A program made the position numbers and the translations under genes. Of a DNA stretch of 64,000 nucleotides, positions 19,346-29,489 are shown in pieces. The notes under the pieces are model-generated. The model made no database searches. It saw nothing but the letters and a program-made list of their open reading frames with translations, and was not told where the DNA came from. Numbering within the stretch: the stretch's first letter is position 1; the number at the start of each line of letters is the position of its first letter. The stretch covers positions 1,089,450 to 1,153,449 of the forward strand of contig OZ220482.1 in NCBI GenBank assembly GCA_965116145.1. The letters run 5' to 3'. This stretch comes from Thermoanaerobaculia bacterium. GTDB taxonomy: Bacteria; Acidobacteriota; Thermoanaerobaculia; Multivoradales; Multivoraceae.

Positions 19346-22173
19346 GGCGCGTCTCCGTCGTCCTCGCCGGCGGGCTCGGTCAACGACCGCTCCAGCGCCG
19401 CCGACTGCTCCCTCCGCAGTCGATCCAGCTCGCGGTCGAAGTAGACCCTGCCGTCCACCAAGGTGGTCTCGACCACGGCGTACGAACTGAGCGGATGCCG
19501 GTCATAGATGACGAGGTCGGCGTCCTTGCCGACCTCGATCGAACCGACGCGGTCGGCGATGCCCAGTTGGCGGGCAGGATTGATCGTCACCATGGCCAGC
19601 GCCTCGTCGTCGGACAGGCCGCCCCACTTGACCGCCTTGGCCGCCTCGTGGTTCAGGTGACGCATCTCCTCGGCGTCGTCCGAGTTGATCGAGACGACCA
19701 CGCCCCGATCCGCCATCAGCGCCGCGTTGTGGGGAATCGCCTCGTAGGCCTCCACCTTGTAGGCCCACCAGTCGGAGAAGGTCGAGGCGCCGGCGCCGTG
19801 GGCCGCGATCTCGTCCGCCACGCGGTATCCCTCCAGCACATGCTGCAGGGTGGCGATCCGGAATCCGAGCTCCTCGGCCAGCCGCAGCAACTGGAGGATC
19901 TCGTCGGCGCGATAGCAGTGGGCGTGGACCAGGCGCTCGCCCTCCAGGATCTCGACCAGGGCCTCAAGTTCGAGATCCCGCACCGGCGGGCGGCTGCGTT
20001 CGCCGGCGGCCGCCGCCTCGCGATGGCGCGCCCACCCTGCGCGATACTCCTCGGCCTCCGTGAACGCCTCCCGGATGACGTCGAGGACGCCCATCCGGGT
20101 CGCCGGATAGCGGCGCGGACCCGGGCCGAAGCTCCGCGAACGCTTCGGGTTCTCGCCGAGCGCGAACTTGATGCCGGGCGGCGCGCCCCGGAAGAGCATG
20201 CCGTCGGCGTCCTGGCCCCAGCGCAGCTTAAGCACCCGGTTCTGGCCGCCGATCGGGTTGGCACTGCCGTGGAGGACGTTGATCGTCGTCACGCCGCCGG
20301 CCAGCGCACGGTAGATGGCGATGTCGGTCGGATCGACGACATCCCCGATCCGAACCATCGCGGTGACCGCCAGGCTGCCCTCGTTGACGCTGCCCTCGAC
20401 CGCGATGTGCGAGTGAGCATCGACGATGCCCGGAAGGACGTAGCTGCCCTGGGCGTCGATCACATGGGCGGCCCGGGGCGGACGGACGCCGCTGCCGATC
20501 CGCGCGATCCGGCCGTCCCGCACGACCACCGTGCCGTTCTCGATCGTCTCGCCGGCCATCGTCAGGACGGTGGCGCCGGTGATCGCCAGCACGTCGTCGT
20601 CGCGGTAGGGCCCGGTCATCGGCACCATGTCCCCGCCGGCGGCCGCGGCATAGCGCTCCGCGACTTCGGCCAGCCGCATCGGAGCGGGCGCTTCGCTCGC
20701 GGCGCCGCGCCGGCCGCCCGGCCCGCCGGGACCGCGCCGCGGACGCTCCTCGTCCGGTTCCTCGGCCGACCGGGTTTCCCCGGCGTCCTCGCCGGCGGCG
20801 CCGTCATCGCCGTCTTCATCGGCGTCCTCGCCATCGGCCGCCACGTAGCGAACCCCGTCGATGAACACCGAATCCACCCGCACCGACTCCTGCCACGGGT
20901 AGCCGTCCGCCAGCACGAGGTCGGCCGCCCGGCCCACGGCCACCGTGCCGATCCGGTCGTCCAGGCCGTGAACCGCCGCCGCGTCCCGGGTCAGCGCGGT
21001 CAGCGCCCGCGCCGGCTCGAGGCCGCCGTCGATCGCCCGGCGAACGCCTGCCAGGACATCGTCCGCACTGTCCGCACCGCCGGAGCTCAGGGCGAACCGG
21101 ACGCCCGCCGCCGCCAGCTCGGCCGGCGTCGTCGGCGCCAGACGTTCGTGGAGGATTTCGCGCAGCGGCCGGTCCGCATCCGGATCCCGTTCCGGCTCCG
21201 GCGGCGGCGCCGGCCAGTCGACATCCACCAGCACCGTCACCCCGGCAGCGGCAAGATCGTCGGCCAGACGATAGCCCTCCTGGGCGCCGTAGATCGTGAC
21301 GTCGAGGCCGAGCTCCGCGCCGAGCCGGAGGGCCCGGGCGATCGAGGCGGCGCTCGATCCCGGCAGGAGGATCCGCTCCTCGCCGGCCGCGACGGTCGCC
21401 AGCGGCGCCAGGGTCCGGTCGAACTCGGGACGCCGCCAGCCGGCGGGGTCGGCCTCCCAGGCGGCAACCGCGGCCGCATGGTGGCCGGCGTCGAGGAGAA
21501 CCTGCCGGAAGTAGGCGATCTTGCCCATCAGCGAACCCGGGTAGGAGCCGAAGCCGCCGCCTCCGCCGAAGGACGCTGTCTGGGCCAGTTCCGGGGCCAC
21601 CACCTGATGCTCCGGGTCGCGTCCGGGGGCGCCCAGCCGGATCAGGGACAGTCGGCCCGGGAACAGGCCGTCGCCAGGCTTCGCCGCCACCGAGGTGAAG
21701 CCGGCGCCGCGCCAGGTTCCGACCGCCTTGTCGTCGAGCGTCAGGTCATCGGCGGCTCGTCTCCAGGGTGTTGTCAGCGGACGGTCCTCCGGGCCGCGCG
21801 GCAGGGTCCGTTCAGAGTCCGGCCCACGCCGCTGGCCGCCGGGCGACCGGGCGGCCGCCTGCGGACCGCCGGCACGCCGACGCGGCCCCGGCAGGTCGCC
21901 CAGCGCGTCGATCAGACCCGGATAGACCGTCAGCCCCTCACCGTCGATGACCCAGGCGTGAGCCGGAATCGCCGCGCCCTCCGCCACGGCCGTGATCGTC
22001 CCGTTCTCGAAGATCACGTTCGCGCGTTCGAGAACCGATCCGTCGCCGACCTCGACCCGCACGTTCTCGATCGCGTAGAAGGGAGGCGGCGCCGGCGGCG
22101 GACCAGCCAGCAGAGGACTGGCGGCAAGCAGCAGCGCGAGAGCCGGCGACGGACGTGCGGTACTGGTCCTCAT
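19342..22173 (-). CDS. large secreted protein with two amidohydrolase domains
   Basis: The track ORF 19342..22263 begins inside MITE copy D. A later in-frame Met at 22173 gives the signal peptide MRTSTARPSPALALLLAASPLLAG. Two metal-binding regions are present (VYPGLIDALGD... and ...LPGIVDAHSHIAVEG...). An acidic linker EDADEDGDDGAAGED joins the two domains. Confidence 0.8.
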   Translation of the reverse strand: MRTSTARPSPALALLLAASPLLAGPPPAPPPFYAIENVRVEVGDGSVLERANVIFENGTITAVAEGAAIPAHAWVIDGEGLTVYPGLIDALGDLPGPRRRAGGPQAAARSPGGQRRGPDSERTLPRGPEDRPLTTPWRRAADDLTLDDKAVGTWRGAGFTSVAAKPGDGLFPGRLSLIRLGAPGRDPEHQVVAPELAQTASFGGGGGFGSYPGSLMGKIAYFRQVLLDAGHHAAAVAAWEADPAGWRRPEFDRTLAPLATVAAGEERILLPGSSAASIARALRLGAELGLDVTIYGAQEGYRLADDLAAAGVTVLVDVDWPAPPPEPERDPDADRPLREILHERLAPTTPAELAAAGVRFALSSGGADSADDVLAGVRRAIDGGLEPARALTALTRDAAAVHGLDDRIGTVAVGRAADLVLADGYPWQESVRVDSVFIDGVRYVAADGEDADEDGDDGAAGEDAGETRSAEEPDEERPRRGPGGPGGRRGAASEAPAPMRLAEVAERYAAAAGGDMVPMTGPYRDDDVLAITGATVLTMAGETIENGTVVVRDGRIARIGSGVRPPRAAHVIDAQGSYVLPGIVDAHSHIAVEGSVNEGSLAVTAMVRIGDVVDPTDIAIYRALAGGVTTINVLHGSANPIGGQNRVLKLRWGQDADGMLFRGAPPGIKFALGENPKRSRSFGPGPRRYPATRMGVLDVIREAFTEAEEYRAGWARHREAAAAGERSRPPVRDLELEALVEILEGERLVHAHCYRADEILQLLRLAEELGFRIATLQHVLEGYRVADEIAAHGAGASTFSDWWAYKVEAYEAIPHNAALMADRGVVVSINSDDAEEMRHLNHEAAKAVKWGGLSDDEALAMVTINPARQLGIADRVGSIEVGKDADLVIYDRHPLSSYAVVETTLVDGRVYFDRELDRLRREQSAALERSLTEPAGEDDGDAP

Positions 22174-22202
22174 CGCGGAACGCCGAAGCGTAGCAGCCCG
22201 TG

Positions 22203-22367
22203 GCAGAAGTCGCGGGTCGCACCGGGAGCGGTCAGGCGCCCGTCCGGCAAGGCGCGATAGCAAGGCGCGCTAGCTACGCATATTGGGGCATATGTGACCG
22301 AAGAGCAACGCGGCCGGGCGGGATGCCTGGCTCAAACGAATGCAGCGCGAGTTCTGCCACGGGCTGC
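22203..22367 (+). repeat. MITE-like repeat, copy D
   Basis: TA-GCAGCCCGTGGCAGAAGTCGCGGGTCGCACCGGGAGCGGTCAGGCGCCCGTCCGGCAAGGCGCGAT...CGAGTTCTGCCACGGGCTGC. It lies between the nth stop and the amidohydrolase start. Confidence 0.8.
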
Positions 22368-22375
22368 CGGCACCT

Positions 22376-23044
22376 TCAGCCCTCCGGCAGCCCGTTGCGC
22401 GGGCACCACGCCGCCAGCGTGCAGGTGTCGCAGGCCGGGCGCCGCGCCGAACAGACCCGGCGCCCATGCCAGATGATCGCGTGGCCGGCGAAAATCCACT
22501 TCTCCTGCGGCAGCCGGCGCATCAGGCCGCGCTCGACCTTCACCGGATCGGTCTCGGCGGCAATGCCCAGGCGGCGCGCCAGACGCCCGACGTGAGTGTC
22601 GACGACGACGCCGACCGGCTTGCCGAACCAGGTGCCGAGCACCACGTTCGCGGTCTTGCGCGCGACGCCCGGCAGAGTGACCAGATCCTCCATCGTCGCC
22701 GGCACCTCGCCGCCGAATTCCTCGACGATCCTGCGCGCGGCGCCGAGCACGTTCTTCGTCTTGCTGCGGAAGAAGCCGGTGCTGCGGATCTCCTGCTCGA
22801 ACACCGCGGGATCCGCGCTGGCGAAGTCCTCGGCGGTCCGGTAGCGCCTGAACAGGTCCGCCGTCACCTGGTTGACCCGCTCATCCGTCGACTGGGCGGA
22901 GAGGATCGTCGCGATCAGGAGCTGCAGCGCATTCTCGTGGCGCAGTTCGCAGTCCGCGTCCGGGTACAGGCGCTCAAGCTCCGCCAGCACCTGGAAAAGC
23001 GCAGACTCGGAGATCGGCTCGAACGGACCCTCCGGTGCGACCAC
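22376..23044 (-). CDS. nth: endonuclease III (DNA glycosylase / AP lyase)
   Basis: 222 aa with the HhH-GPD motif LVTLPGVARKTANVVL, the catalytic K/D, and the 4Fe-4S cluster cysteines C-x6-C-x2-C-x5-C at the C-terminus. Confidence 0.95.
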   Translation of the reverse strand: MVAPEGPFEPISESALFQVLAELERLYPDADCELRHENALQLLIATILSAQSTDERVNQVTADLFRRYRTAEDFASADPAVFEQEIRSTGFFRSKTKNVLGAARRIVEEFGGEVPATMEDLVTLPGVARKTANVVLGTWFGKPVGVVVDTHVGRLARRLGIAAETDPVKVERGLMRRLPQEKWIFAGHAIIWHGRRVCSARRPACDTCTLAAWCPRNGLPEG

Positions 23045-23050
23045 GGGCAG

Positions 23051-24406
23051 TCAGGGCTGCAGCAGGTCGAGCACCGCCAGGGTCATCGCCTCGACCCCCG
23101 CCCGGATCGCAGGTTCCGGCTCGATGCGGAAGAAGGGCGAGTGATGCGACGGTACCGGCGGGCCGCCGGCGGCTTCGACCTCGAGGTCGGCGGGCGACGT
23201 GCCGCCGACGGTGAAGTACGTCCCGGGCACTCCATGCCCGGTACGGACGAAGTAGGCGAAGTCCTCGGCGCCCATCCCCGACGGCGGCTCGCTGTGGAAC
23301 ACGTCCTCGCCCATGCCGCGGCCGATCGCGGCCTTCACCCGAGCGGCGAGCGACGGGTCGTTCACCGTGACCGGCGTCGATTCCCTGGTGCGGACCACCT
23401 TCGGCAGCAACGAGGCCGGCAACCCGGCCGCGCGGCCGACTCCGTCCGCCACCCGTTCGATCGCCTCGAGCAACTGCTCCCGCGTGTCCTCACTGTTCGC
23501 CCGCACGGTGAGCTGCAGCTCGACCCGGTCCGGGATGACGTTGTGCTTGAAACCGCCGTGGATCGAACCGACCGTGATGACGCCGGGATCGAGGGGGTCG
23601 AGCTCCCGACTGACGATGCCCTGGAGCGCCACGACGAGCTGCGCCGCCACGTAGATCGGGTCCCTGCCGCGATGGGGGGACGCCCCGTGCGCGCCGACCC
23701 CGAACACCGTGATGTCGACGCTGTCGGACGACGACGCGACCAGGCCCGGCGGCACGTCGATCCGGCCGGCCGGCCGGCCGGCGGAGACGTGGAACGCCAG
23801 GGCGTAGTCCGGCACGCCGAACCGTTCGTAGAGGCCGTCCTCGAGCATCTCGCGGGCGCCCATGATCCGCTCCTCGGCGGGCTGGCCGACGAACATCACC
23901 GTGCCCGACCAGCGATCGCGCATCGCCGCCAGCCGCCGGGCGACGCCGACCATCGAAGTGATGTGGACATCGTGCCCGCAGGCGTGCATGACCGGCACTT
24001 CCTCGCCGGAGAGATCGACCTGCCGGGCGGTCGAGGCGTAGGGCAGCTCCGATCCTTCCGCCACCGGCAATCCGTCCATGTCGGCCCGCACCAGGACCAG
24101 GGGACCGTCTCCGTTCTCCATCATGCCGACGATCCCGGTGCGGCCGATGCCCTCCGTCACCTCGACGCCCGACGTGCGCAGTTCGTCGGCCAGCCGCGCC
24201 GCCGTCTCGTGTTCGAGGAAGGAGAGCTCCGGGTGCCGATGGAAGTGCTCGAACAGGGCCCGCAGCTCGATCCGATAGTCGCGGGCTACCGCGTCGGAGA
24301 GGCTGTCCCCGGCAGAAGCGGCCGGTGCAGCCAGAGCCGCCATCGACAGCAGCAGGACGCCCTGCCGTCGTACCGGCATTCGCCAGACCTGATCGAACTG
24401 TCCCAT
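23051..24406 (-). CDS. M20-family amidohydrolase / peptidase (signal-peptide bearing)
   Basis: The track ORF runs to 24493. Internal in-frame Met codons at 24406 and 24379 would place the signal peptide LLLSMAALAAPAASAG near the N-terminus, so the start may be at either; there is no direct evidence against the upstream starts. M20 motifs HACGHDVH and GQPAEE are present. Confidence 0.8.
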   Translation of the reverse strand: MGQFDQVWRMPVRRQGVLLLSMAALAAPAASAGDSLSDAVARDYRIELRALFEHFHRHPELSFLEHETAARLADELRTSGVEVTEGIGRTGIVGMMENGDGPLVLVRADMDGLPVAEGSELPYASTARQVDLSGEEVPVMHACGHDVHITSMVGVARRLAAMRDRWSGTVMFVGQPAEERIMGAREMLEDGLYERFGVPDYALAFHVSAGRPAGRIDVPPGLVASSSDSVDITVFGVGAHGASPHRGRDPIYVAAQLVVALQGIVSRELDPLDPGVITVGSIHGGFKHNVIPDRVELQLTVRANSEDTREQLLEAIERVADGVGRAAGLPASLLPKVVRTRESTPVTVNDPSLAARVKAAIGRGMGEDVFHSEPPSGMGAEDFAYFVRTGHGVPGTYFTVGGTSPADLEVEAAGGPPVPSHHSPFFRIEPEPAIRAGVEAMTLAVLDLLQP

Positions 24407-24514
24407 GCGTCGTCCCCTCCAGTATGCAACTGCGGCCCGAGACGCGATCCTACGCGTCCGGACCCGAAACGCGGCGCGGCCGGTCGCCTCCACCAGGCCG
24501 CCGCGTGCACACCG

Positions 24515-25495
24515 TCAAGGCCTCCCGGCCAGGCGCCAGGAACAGTCGAGAGCGTGGCCGAGCGAATCCGTGAACGCCTTCCCCTGCCAGGCGATGTCGA
24601 AGGCGGTGCCGTGGTCCACCGAGGTGCGGACGATCGGCAGACCGATCGTCACGTTGACGCCGCGCTCGAAGCCGTGGAGCTTCATCGGCGCGTGGCCCTG
24701 GTCGTGGTACATGCAGACCACCGCGTCGTGGCGGTCGAGCCGGATCGCCTGCCGGAAGACGGTGTCGGCCGGATGCGGGCCCGACACGTCCAGGCCGTCC
24801 GCCGCCGCACGCTCGATCGTCGGACGGATGATGTCCTCGTCCTCGTCGCCGAACAGGCGGTTCTCGCCGGCGTGCGGGTTCAGTCCGCAGACCGCGATCC
24901 GGGGCCGTTCGACGAAGCGGGACAGGGCGGCGTGGGTCAGGTCGATCACCTTGCGAATCCGCACGGGCTCGACCCGCTCGATCGCCTCGCGCAGGCTGAC
25001 ATGGGCGCTGACGTGGGTTACCGCGAGCTCCGGCAGCATCAGCATCATCGAGACGTCGCCGACGCCGCACAGGCCGGCGATGAACTCGGTATGCCCGACG
25101 AAGTCCGGCCGCGACCTGCGCGCCGCCTCCTTGTTCAGCGGCAGGGTCACGACGCCGGCCACCCGGCCGGCGAGGGCGTCGCGTACGGCGTGCTCGACAC
25201 AGGCGATGGCGGCGGCGCCGGCTGCCGTGTCCAGGACGCCAGGCGTCACCTGTTCGGCGTCCAGCAGCCGAAGGTCACGGACGTTCAGACGTCCCTCCAC
25301 TGCCTCCTCCGGCGCCTCGACGCAGTGAAGCGGCGCCCGGACCTCGAGCTCCCGGGCGGCGCGGGCGAGCACGGCCGCATCGCCGTAGACCACGACGTCG
25401 CCGCCCAGGCGACCTTCCGCAAACCGGCGCACGGCGATCTCCGGGCCGACGCCCGAGGCATCGCCCATCGTCACCGCCATCACCCGCCGCGCCAT
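24515..25495 (-). CDS. pdxA: 4-hydroxythreonine-4-phosphate dehydrogenase, PdxA family
   Basis: The track ORF runs to 25735. Start chosen by analogy at the internal Met giving MARRVMAVTMGDASGVGPEI, the typical PdxA N-terminus. PdxA motifs HTEFIAGL, CGLNPHAGE and HGTAFDIAW are present. Confidence 0.85.
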   Translation of the reverse strand: MARRVMAVTMGDASGVGPEIAVRRFAEGRLGGDVVVYGDAAVLARAARELEVRAPLHCVEAPEEAVEGRLNVRDLRLLDAEQVTPGVLDTAAGAAAIACVEHAVRDALAGRVAGVVTLPLNKEAARRSRPDFVGHTEFIAGLCGVGDVSMMLMLPELAVTHVSAHVSLREAIERVEPVRIRKVIDLTHAALSRFVERPRIAVCGLNPHAGENRLFGDEDEDIIRPTIERAAADGLDVSGPHPADTVFRQAIRLDRHDAVVCMYHDQGHAPMKLHGFERGVNVTIGLPIVRTSVDHGTAFDIAWQGKAFTDSLGHALDCSWRLAGRP

Positions 25496-25813
25496 GCAGT
25501 GAATGTACTCTCGCCCCGCCGCCGGCCGGACCTCGGGGCCGCAGCTCTCGACGACCTCCTGCCGCCGTCGCGGATCGTCGGAGCGTGACGGCTTCCTCGA
25601 CGCGACTAGTAGTTCCTCGATGCGACTGGCAATGTCTGAGCGAACGCCCTTGACCACCCGCATCATCGCCCAGATTGCACCTGCCAAGGCACCAATCTCG
25701 ACGACTAAGAGTGCTGCTCCTGTGGTCCAGTCCACGTTGCACCCTGGTCAGGAGTCGGTGTCCACCGTCGATCTTGGCCAGCACCCTTCTCACCAGGAGG
25801 TCCGCTCGAGCGG

Positions 25814-26992
25814 TCAGGCGCCCAGGATGCGCAGTTCCCGCGGCGACGAGGTCAGGAGTTCGCAACCCTCGGCGGTGACCCGGACGTTGTCCTCGATCCT
25901 GACACCGCCCCAGCCTTCGAGGTAGAGACCCGGTTCCACCGTGAACACTGCCCCCTCCTCGACGATGTCCGTGTTGCCCGCCATCACGGACGGCGGTTCG
26001 TGGATCTCCAGACCGAGGCCGTGCCCGGTGCGATGGGTCATGAAGTCCTTGAAACGGCGGGTGTGGAGATTCGCCTGGCAGTTCTTGTGGACGTAGTCGT
26101 AGGTCACGCCCGGCCGCGAAGCCGCCACGCCCCGGATGTTCGCCTGCAGCACGGCCTCGTAGACCTCTCGCATCCGGTCCGTCGGCGAACCGCTGACCAC
26201 GAAGGTGCGCGTGATGTCGCAGTGATACCCGTCGAACGAGGTCCCGAAGTCGATCAGCAGGAACTCCCCTTCCTCCATCTTCCGCTCACCGGGCACGCCG
26301 TGGGGCAACGCACTCTTCGGACCGCTGAGGACGATCGGCCCGAACGAGATACCGCCGCCGCCGCGGCGCACGAGCTCGCTCGAGAGCTTGGCCGCGATCT
26401 CCCGCTCCGTGCGTCCGGGACGGACATCGCGCAGAGTGAACTCGAGCGCAGCCTCGGCGATCTTCGAGGCCTGCCGCATCGCCTTCACATCCTCGTCGCT
26501 CTTCTTCAGCCGCAGCTCGCTGACGATCGCGTCGGCACTTTCGAGCTTCGCCTTCGGCAACTCCCGCTGCAGGTGCTGGAACTCCATGTAGCGCAGGCCG
26601 AGCGGTTCCACCGCCACCCGCCTCGCCTTTCCGAGTCCGGCGAACGCCGCTGCGGCGGCCGCTTCCGGCCCGTCCGCGTCGTCCCAGAGATGCACGGACT
26701 CGACGGCCGGCGCCGCCCCGCGGAAGTTCGCCGCCTCGAGTGCCGGGACGACCGCCACTGCCGCGTCGGCGGTCGGCACGACCAGCAGGAACAGCCGTTC
26801 GTGACCGTCGAAGCGGCGGCCCAGAAGCCAGGTCATCGTCGCTCCCGGCGTCAGCACCACGGCGTCGACACCGGTAGCGGCCGCCGCCTGCCGCAACAGC
26901 TCGATCCGAACGGCATCCCGGCTTGCCGGCGCGCTCGCCTCTCCGTCTTCGGCGCCCTCCGCCAGCCTTGCTTCCACCGTGTCGTCGCTCAT
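25814..26992 (-). CDS. M24-family Xaa-Pro aminopeptidase / creatinase-like peptidase
   Basis: 392 aa. An N-terminal creatinase-like domain and a C-terminal pita-bread domain with HGLGLEIHEPP and GGVRIED metal-ligand blocks. Confidence 0.85.
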   Translation of the reverse strand: MSDDTVEARLAEGAEDGEASAPASRDAVRIELLRQAAAATGVDAVVLTPGATMTWLLGRRFDGHERLFLLVVPTADAAVAVVPALEAANFRGAAPAVESVHLWDDADGPEAAAAAAFAGLGKARRVAVEPLGLRYMEFQHLQRELPKAKLESADAIVSELRLKKSDEDVKAMRQASKIAEAALEFTLRDVRPGRTEREIAAKLSSELVRRGGGGISFGPIVLSGPKSALPHGVPGERKMEEGEFLLIDFGTSFDGYHCDITRTFVVSGSPTDRMREVYEAVLQANIRGVAASRPGVTYDYVHKNCQANLHTRRFKDFMTHRTGHGLGLEIHEPPSVMAGNTDIVEEGAVFTVEPGLYLEGWGGVRIEDNVRVTAEGCELLTSSPRELRILGA

Positions 26993-27153
26993 CGTGTCCT
27001 CGCCGCCCTTCCGGAGGTTGTCGCCTGACGGACAATCGCCAGCGAGTCGAAGGTCGTGGCGTTCATGGTTCGCAGCCTAACGCACAGCCCTGAGGACCGG
27101 GAACAACCCGCCCGAGCATCGTGCGCGATACAGCGCGATACAGTTCTCCGACC

Positions 27154-28350
27154 ATGGACACTTCGATCGGTTCCGAGTACGACTCCCTCCGCGAGGAGGT
27201 CCGCTCCTTCTTCACCGCCAACCGGGATGCCGCGGTTCCCGCCGGGCCCGGGTTCGGCGGCGATGCCTCGGAAGTGCGCCGGCGCGTCGTCGAGTGGCAG
27301 AACCGGCTGGTCGACGCCGGCTACGCCGGCCGAACCATTCCCAGGCAGTACGGCGGCGCCGGCCATGAGCCGGACCCGCTCGCCAGCCTGGTCATCGAAG
27401 AGGAGTTCCACGACGCCGGCTACTCCCTGGGCATGGAGAACCAGGGGATCAGCATGTTCGTCCCGACGCTCCTCCAATTCGGCCGCGAGGACCAGAAGCG
27501 GGAGCTGATCCCACCGACGATCCGGGGCGCGCTGATCTGGTGCCAGGGATACAGCGAGCCGGGCTCCGGTTCCGACCTCGCTTCGCTGCGCACCTCCGCC
27601 CGCCTCGACGGAGACGAGTACGTCATCAACGGCCAGAAGATCTGGACCAGCAGCGCCAACGAGGCCGACATGATGTTCGGCTTGGTGCGTACGGAGCAGG
27701 CCGCCGGGAAGCACGCGGGCATCAGCTACATCGTGCTCTCGATGAACACACCGGGCATCGAGGTCCGGCCGCTGATGACGATGACCGGCGACGCCTCCTT
27801 CAACGAGGTCTTCTTCACCGACGTCCGAGTCCCGGCGACGAACGTGATCGGTCGTCCCGGCCAGGGCTGGGAAGTCGGCACGTACACACTGCGCTTCGAG
27901 CGCAACATGCTGGGCCGGTCGAACGCGACGGAGAACTACTTCGCCGGCTGCGTCGACATCCTGCGCGAGACCGGGCTCATCGATTCGCCCGTCTACCGCG
28001 ACCGGCTGGCCCGGCTGGAGGGCCGGATGCTGGCGATGAAGTACCACCAGTTGCGGCTGCTCACGGATCGGCTGAAGCAACGTGACTCCGGGGCCGGCGG
28101 GCTGATCGTCAAGCTGAACAACTGCCAGTTGAACTACGACCTGTGCGGCCTGGCGATCGACGCGATGGCCGAGCGCGGTGTGCTCCGGCGCGGCTCGAAG
28201 CACGTCCGCGACCACGGCAACTGGCAACGCAACCACATGTACGCCCTCGGCCTGATCATCGGCGGCGGCACTGCCCAGATCCAGAAGAACATCATCGGAG
28301 AGCGGGGCCTGGGCCTGCCGCGGGAACCGAAGCCCGCGGCCACCGCCTGA
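27154..28350 (+). CDS. acyl-CoA dehydrogenase family protein (first of an adjacent pair)
   Basis: The track ORF starts at 27121; a later ATG at 27154 (MDTSIGSEYD...) is chosen, but neither start has RBS support. ACAD N, middle and C domains are present. The C-terminal block reads IIGGGTAQIQ where most ACADs have IYEGT.QIQ. Confidence 0.85.
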   Translation: MDTSIGSEYDSLREEVRSFFTANRDAAVPAGPGFGGDASEVRRRVVEWQNRLVDAGYAGRTIPRQYGGAGHEPDPLASLVIEEEFHDAGYSLGMENQGISMFVPTLLQFGREDQKRELIPPTIRGALIWCQGYSEPGSGSDLASLRTSARLDGDEYVINGQKIWTSSANEADMMFGLVRTEQAAGKHAGISYIVLSMNTPGIEVRPLMTMTGDASFNEVFFTDVRVPATNVIGRPGQGWEVGTYTLRFERNMLGRSNATENYFAGCVDILRETGLIDSPVYRDRLARLEGRMLAMKYHQLRLLTDRLKQRDSGAGGLIVKLNNCQLNYDLCGLAIDAMAERGVLRRGSKHVRDHGNWQRNHMYALGLIIGGGTAQIQKNIIGERGLGLPREPKPAATA

Positions 28351-28387
28351 GTCCGCCGCGTCGCCATAACCGCACGAGGAGTCCGGC

Positions 28388-29446
28388 ATGGACTTTGGCC
28401 TGACGCAGCCGCAGGAGCTGCTCCGAGACACGATCGCCCGCTTTCTCGCACAGGATGTCGGCCTGGGACGCGTCCGCGCCGTCATGGACTCGGACTCGGG
28501 ACACGACGAGACGATTCACGGTCAGCTCGGCGACCAGGGAATCGCCGGCCTGCTGATCGGCATCGAGCGCGGCGGCGCGGGCCTCGGCCTGCAGGAAGCG
28601 GCGATCGCGGCCCAGGAGATCGGCCGCGCCGCAGCGCCGGTGAACTTCCACTCGGCCTACGTCCTCGCGCCGCTGCTGCTCGCGGGCGCGAACGGCAGCG
28701 ACCGCCGGAACGAACTGCTCGAGGGAATCGCGGCGGGAAGAACGCTGATCACCCCCATTCTCGACGCACCGATCTCGGACGGCCGCATCGACGGTTCGGT
28801 CGTCTACGTGCCGGACGCCGCCTGGTCCGATGCCTTCCTGCTGGAGTCGGACGGTGCGCTGCACCTGGTCGCCGCCGACTGCCCCGGCGTCTCCGTCGCG
28901 CCGCTGCAGACGATCGACGGCACCCGCCGCGTCGGCGAGGTCACATTCGAAGGCGTCGATCTCGACGCCGCAGGCGCCGCGGAGAGCCTCGGCGGCAGCA
29001 ACGGCTTGACCCGGCGCGCGCTCTGCGCAGCCCGCACCGCCCTCGCCGCCGATGCCTTGGGCGCCGCCCAGGAAGGCCTCCGCATCGCCGTCGACTACGC
29101 CCGGGAACGCCGGCAGTTCGACCGCATCATCGGTTCGTTCCAGGCGGTCAAGCACATGTGCGCCGAGGTTCTGGCCGAGGTCGAGCCGGTGCAGGCCCTG
29201 CTCTGGCACACCGCCGACGCCTGGGACCGGAAGTCCGACGAGATCGACCATCTCGCCTCCCTGCTCAAGGCCCACGCCACGGAGGCGGCAACGAACGCCG
29301 TCACCACGACGACTCAGGTGTTCGGCGGCATCGGCTTCACCCACGAGTGCGACATGCACATCTTCTACAAGCGCGTCGGCTACGACCGCCAGATACTGGG
29401 CAACCCGACCGCACTCCGCGAGCAGGCGGCCGCCCGCTACGCCTGA
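28388..29446 (+). CDS. acyl-CoA dehydrogenase family protein (second of the pair, shorter)
   Basis: 352 aa. An SD sequence gaggag lies 9 nt upstream. ACAD C-terminal helical domain signature VFGGIGF. Confidence 0.85.
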   Translation: MDFGLTQPQELLRDTIARFLAQDVGLGRVRAVMDSDSGHDETIHGQLGDQGIAGLLIGIERGGAGLGLQEAAIAAQEIGRAAAPVNFHSAYVLAPLLLAGANGSDRRNELLEGIAAGRTLITPILDAPISDGRIDGSVVYVPDAAWSDAFLLESDGALHLVAADCPGVSVAPLQTIDGTRRVGEVTFEGVDLDAAGAAESLGGSNGLTRRALCAARTALAADALGAAQEGLRIAVDYARERRQFDRIIGSFQAVKHMCAEVLAEVEPVQALLWHTADAWDRKSDEIDHLASLLKAHATEAATNAVTTTTQVFGGIGFTHECDMHIFYKRVGYDRQILGNPTALREQAAARYA

Positions 29447-29489
29447 AGGCCGGCAGTCGGGGGAGGCGGCTGCCGAGGTCCGTGGCCGC

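Noticed and set aside
22340-25588. 1082-aa plus-strand ORF across nth, the M20 peptidase and pdxA
   Set aside because: It is antisense to three well-supported minus-strand genes and is a low-complexity Arg/Gly/Asp-rich translation. Similar artefacts are ORFs 19495..22260 (+), 5473..6909 (-), 6930..8090 (-), 9068..10717 (-), 26989..28485 (-), 28292..29359 (-), 30419..31834 (-), 33787..36258 (-), 35837..37054 (-), 37494..38621 (-), 39299..40651 (-), 45596..47038 (+), 52161..53378 (-), 54259..55344 (-), 55888..56910 (-), 57478..59064 (-) and 60571..61950 (-).
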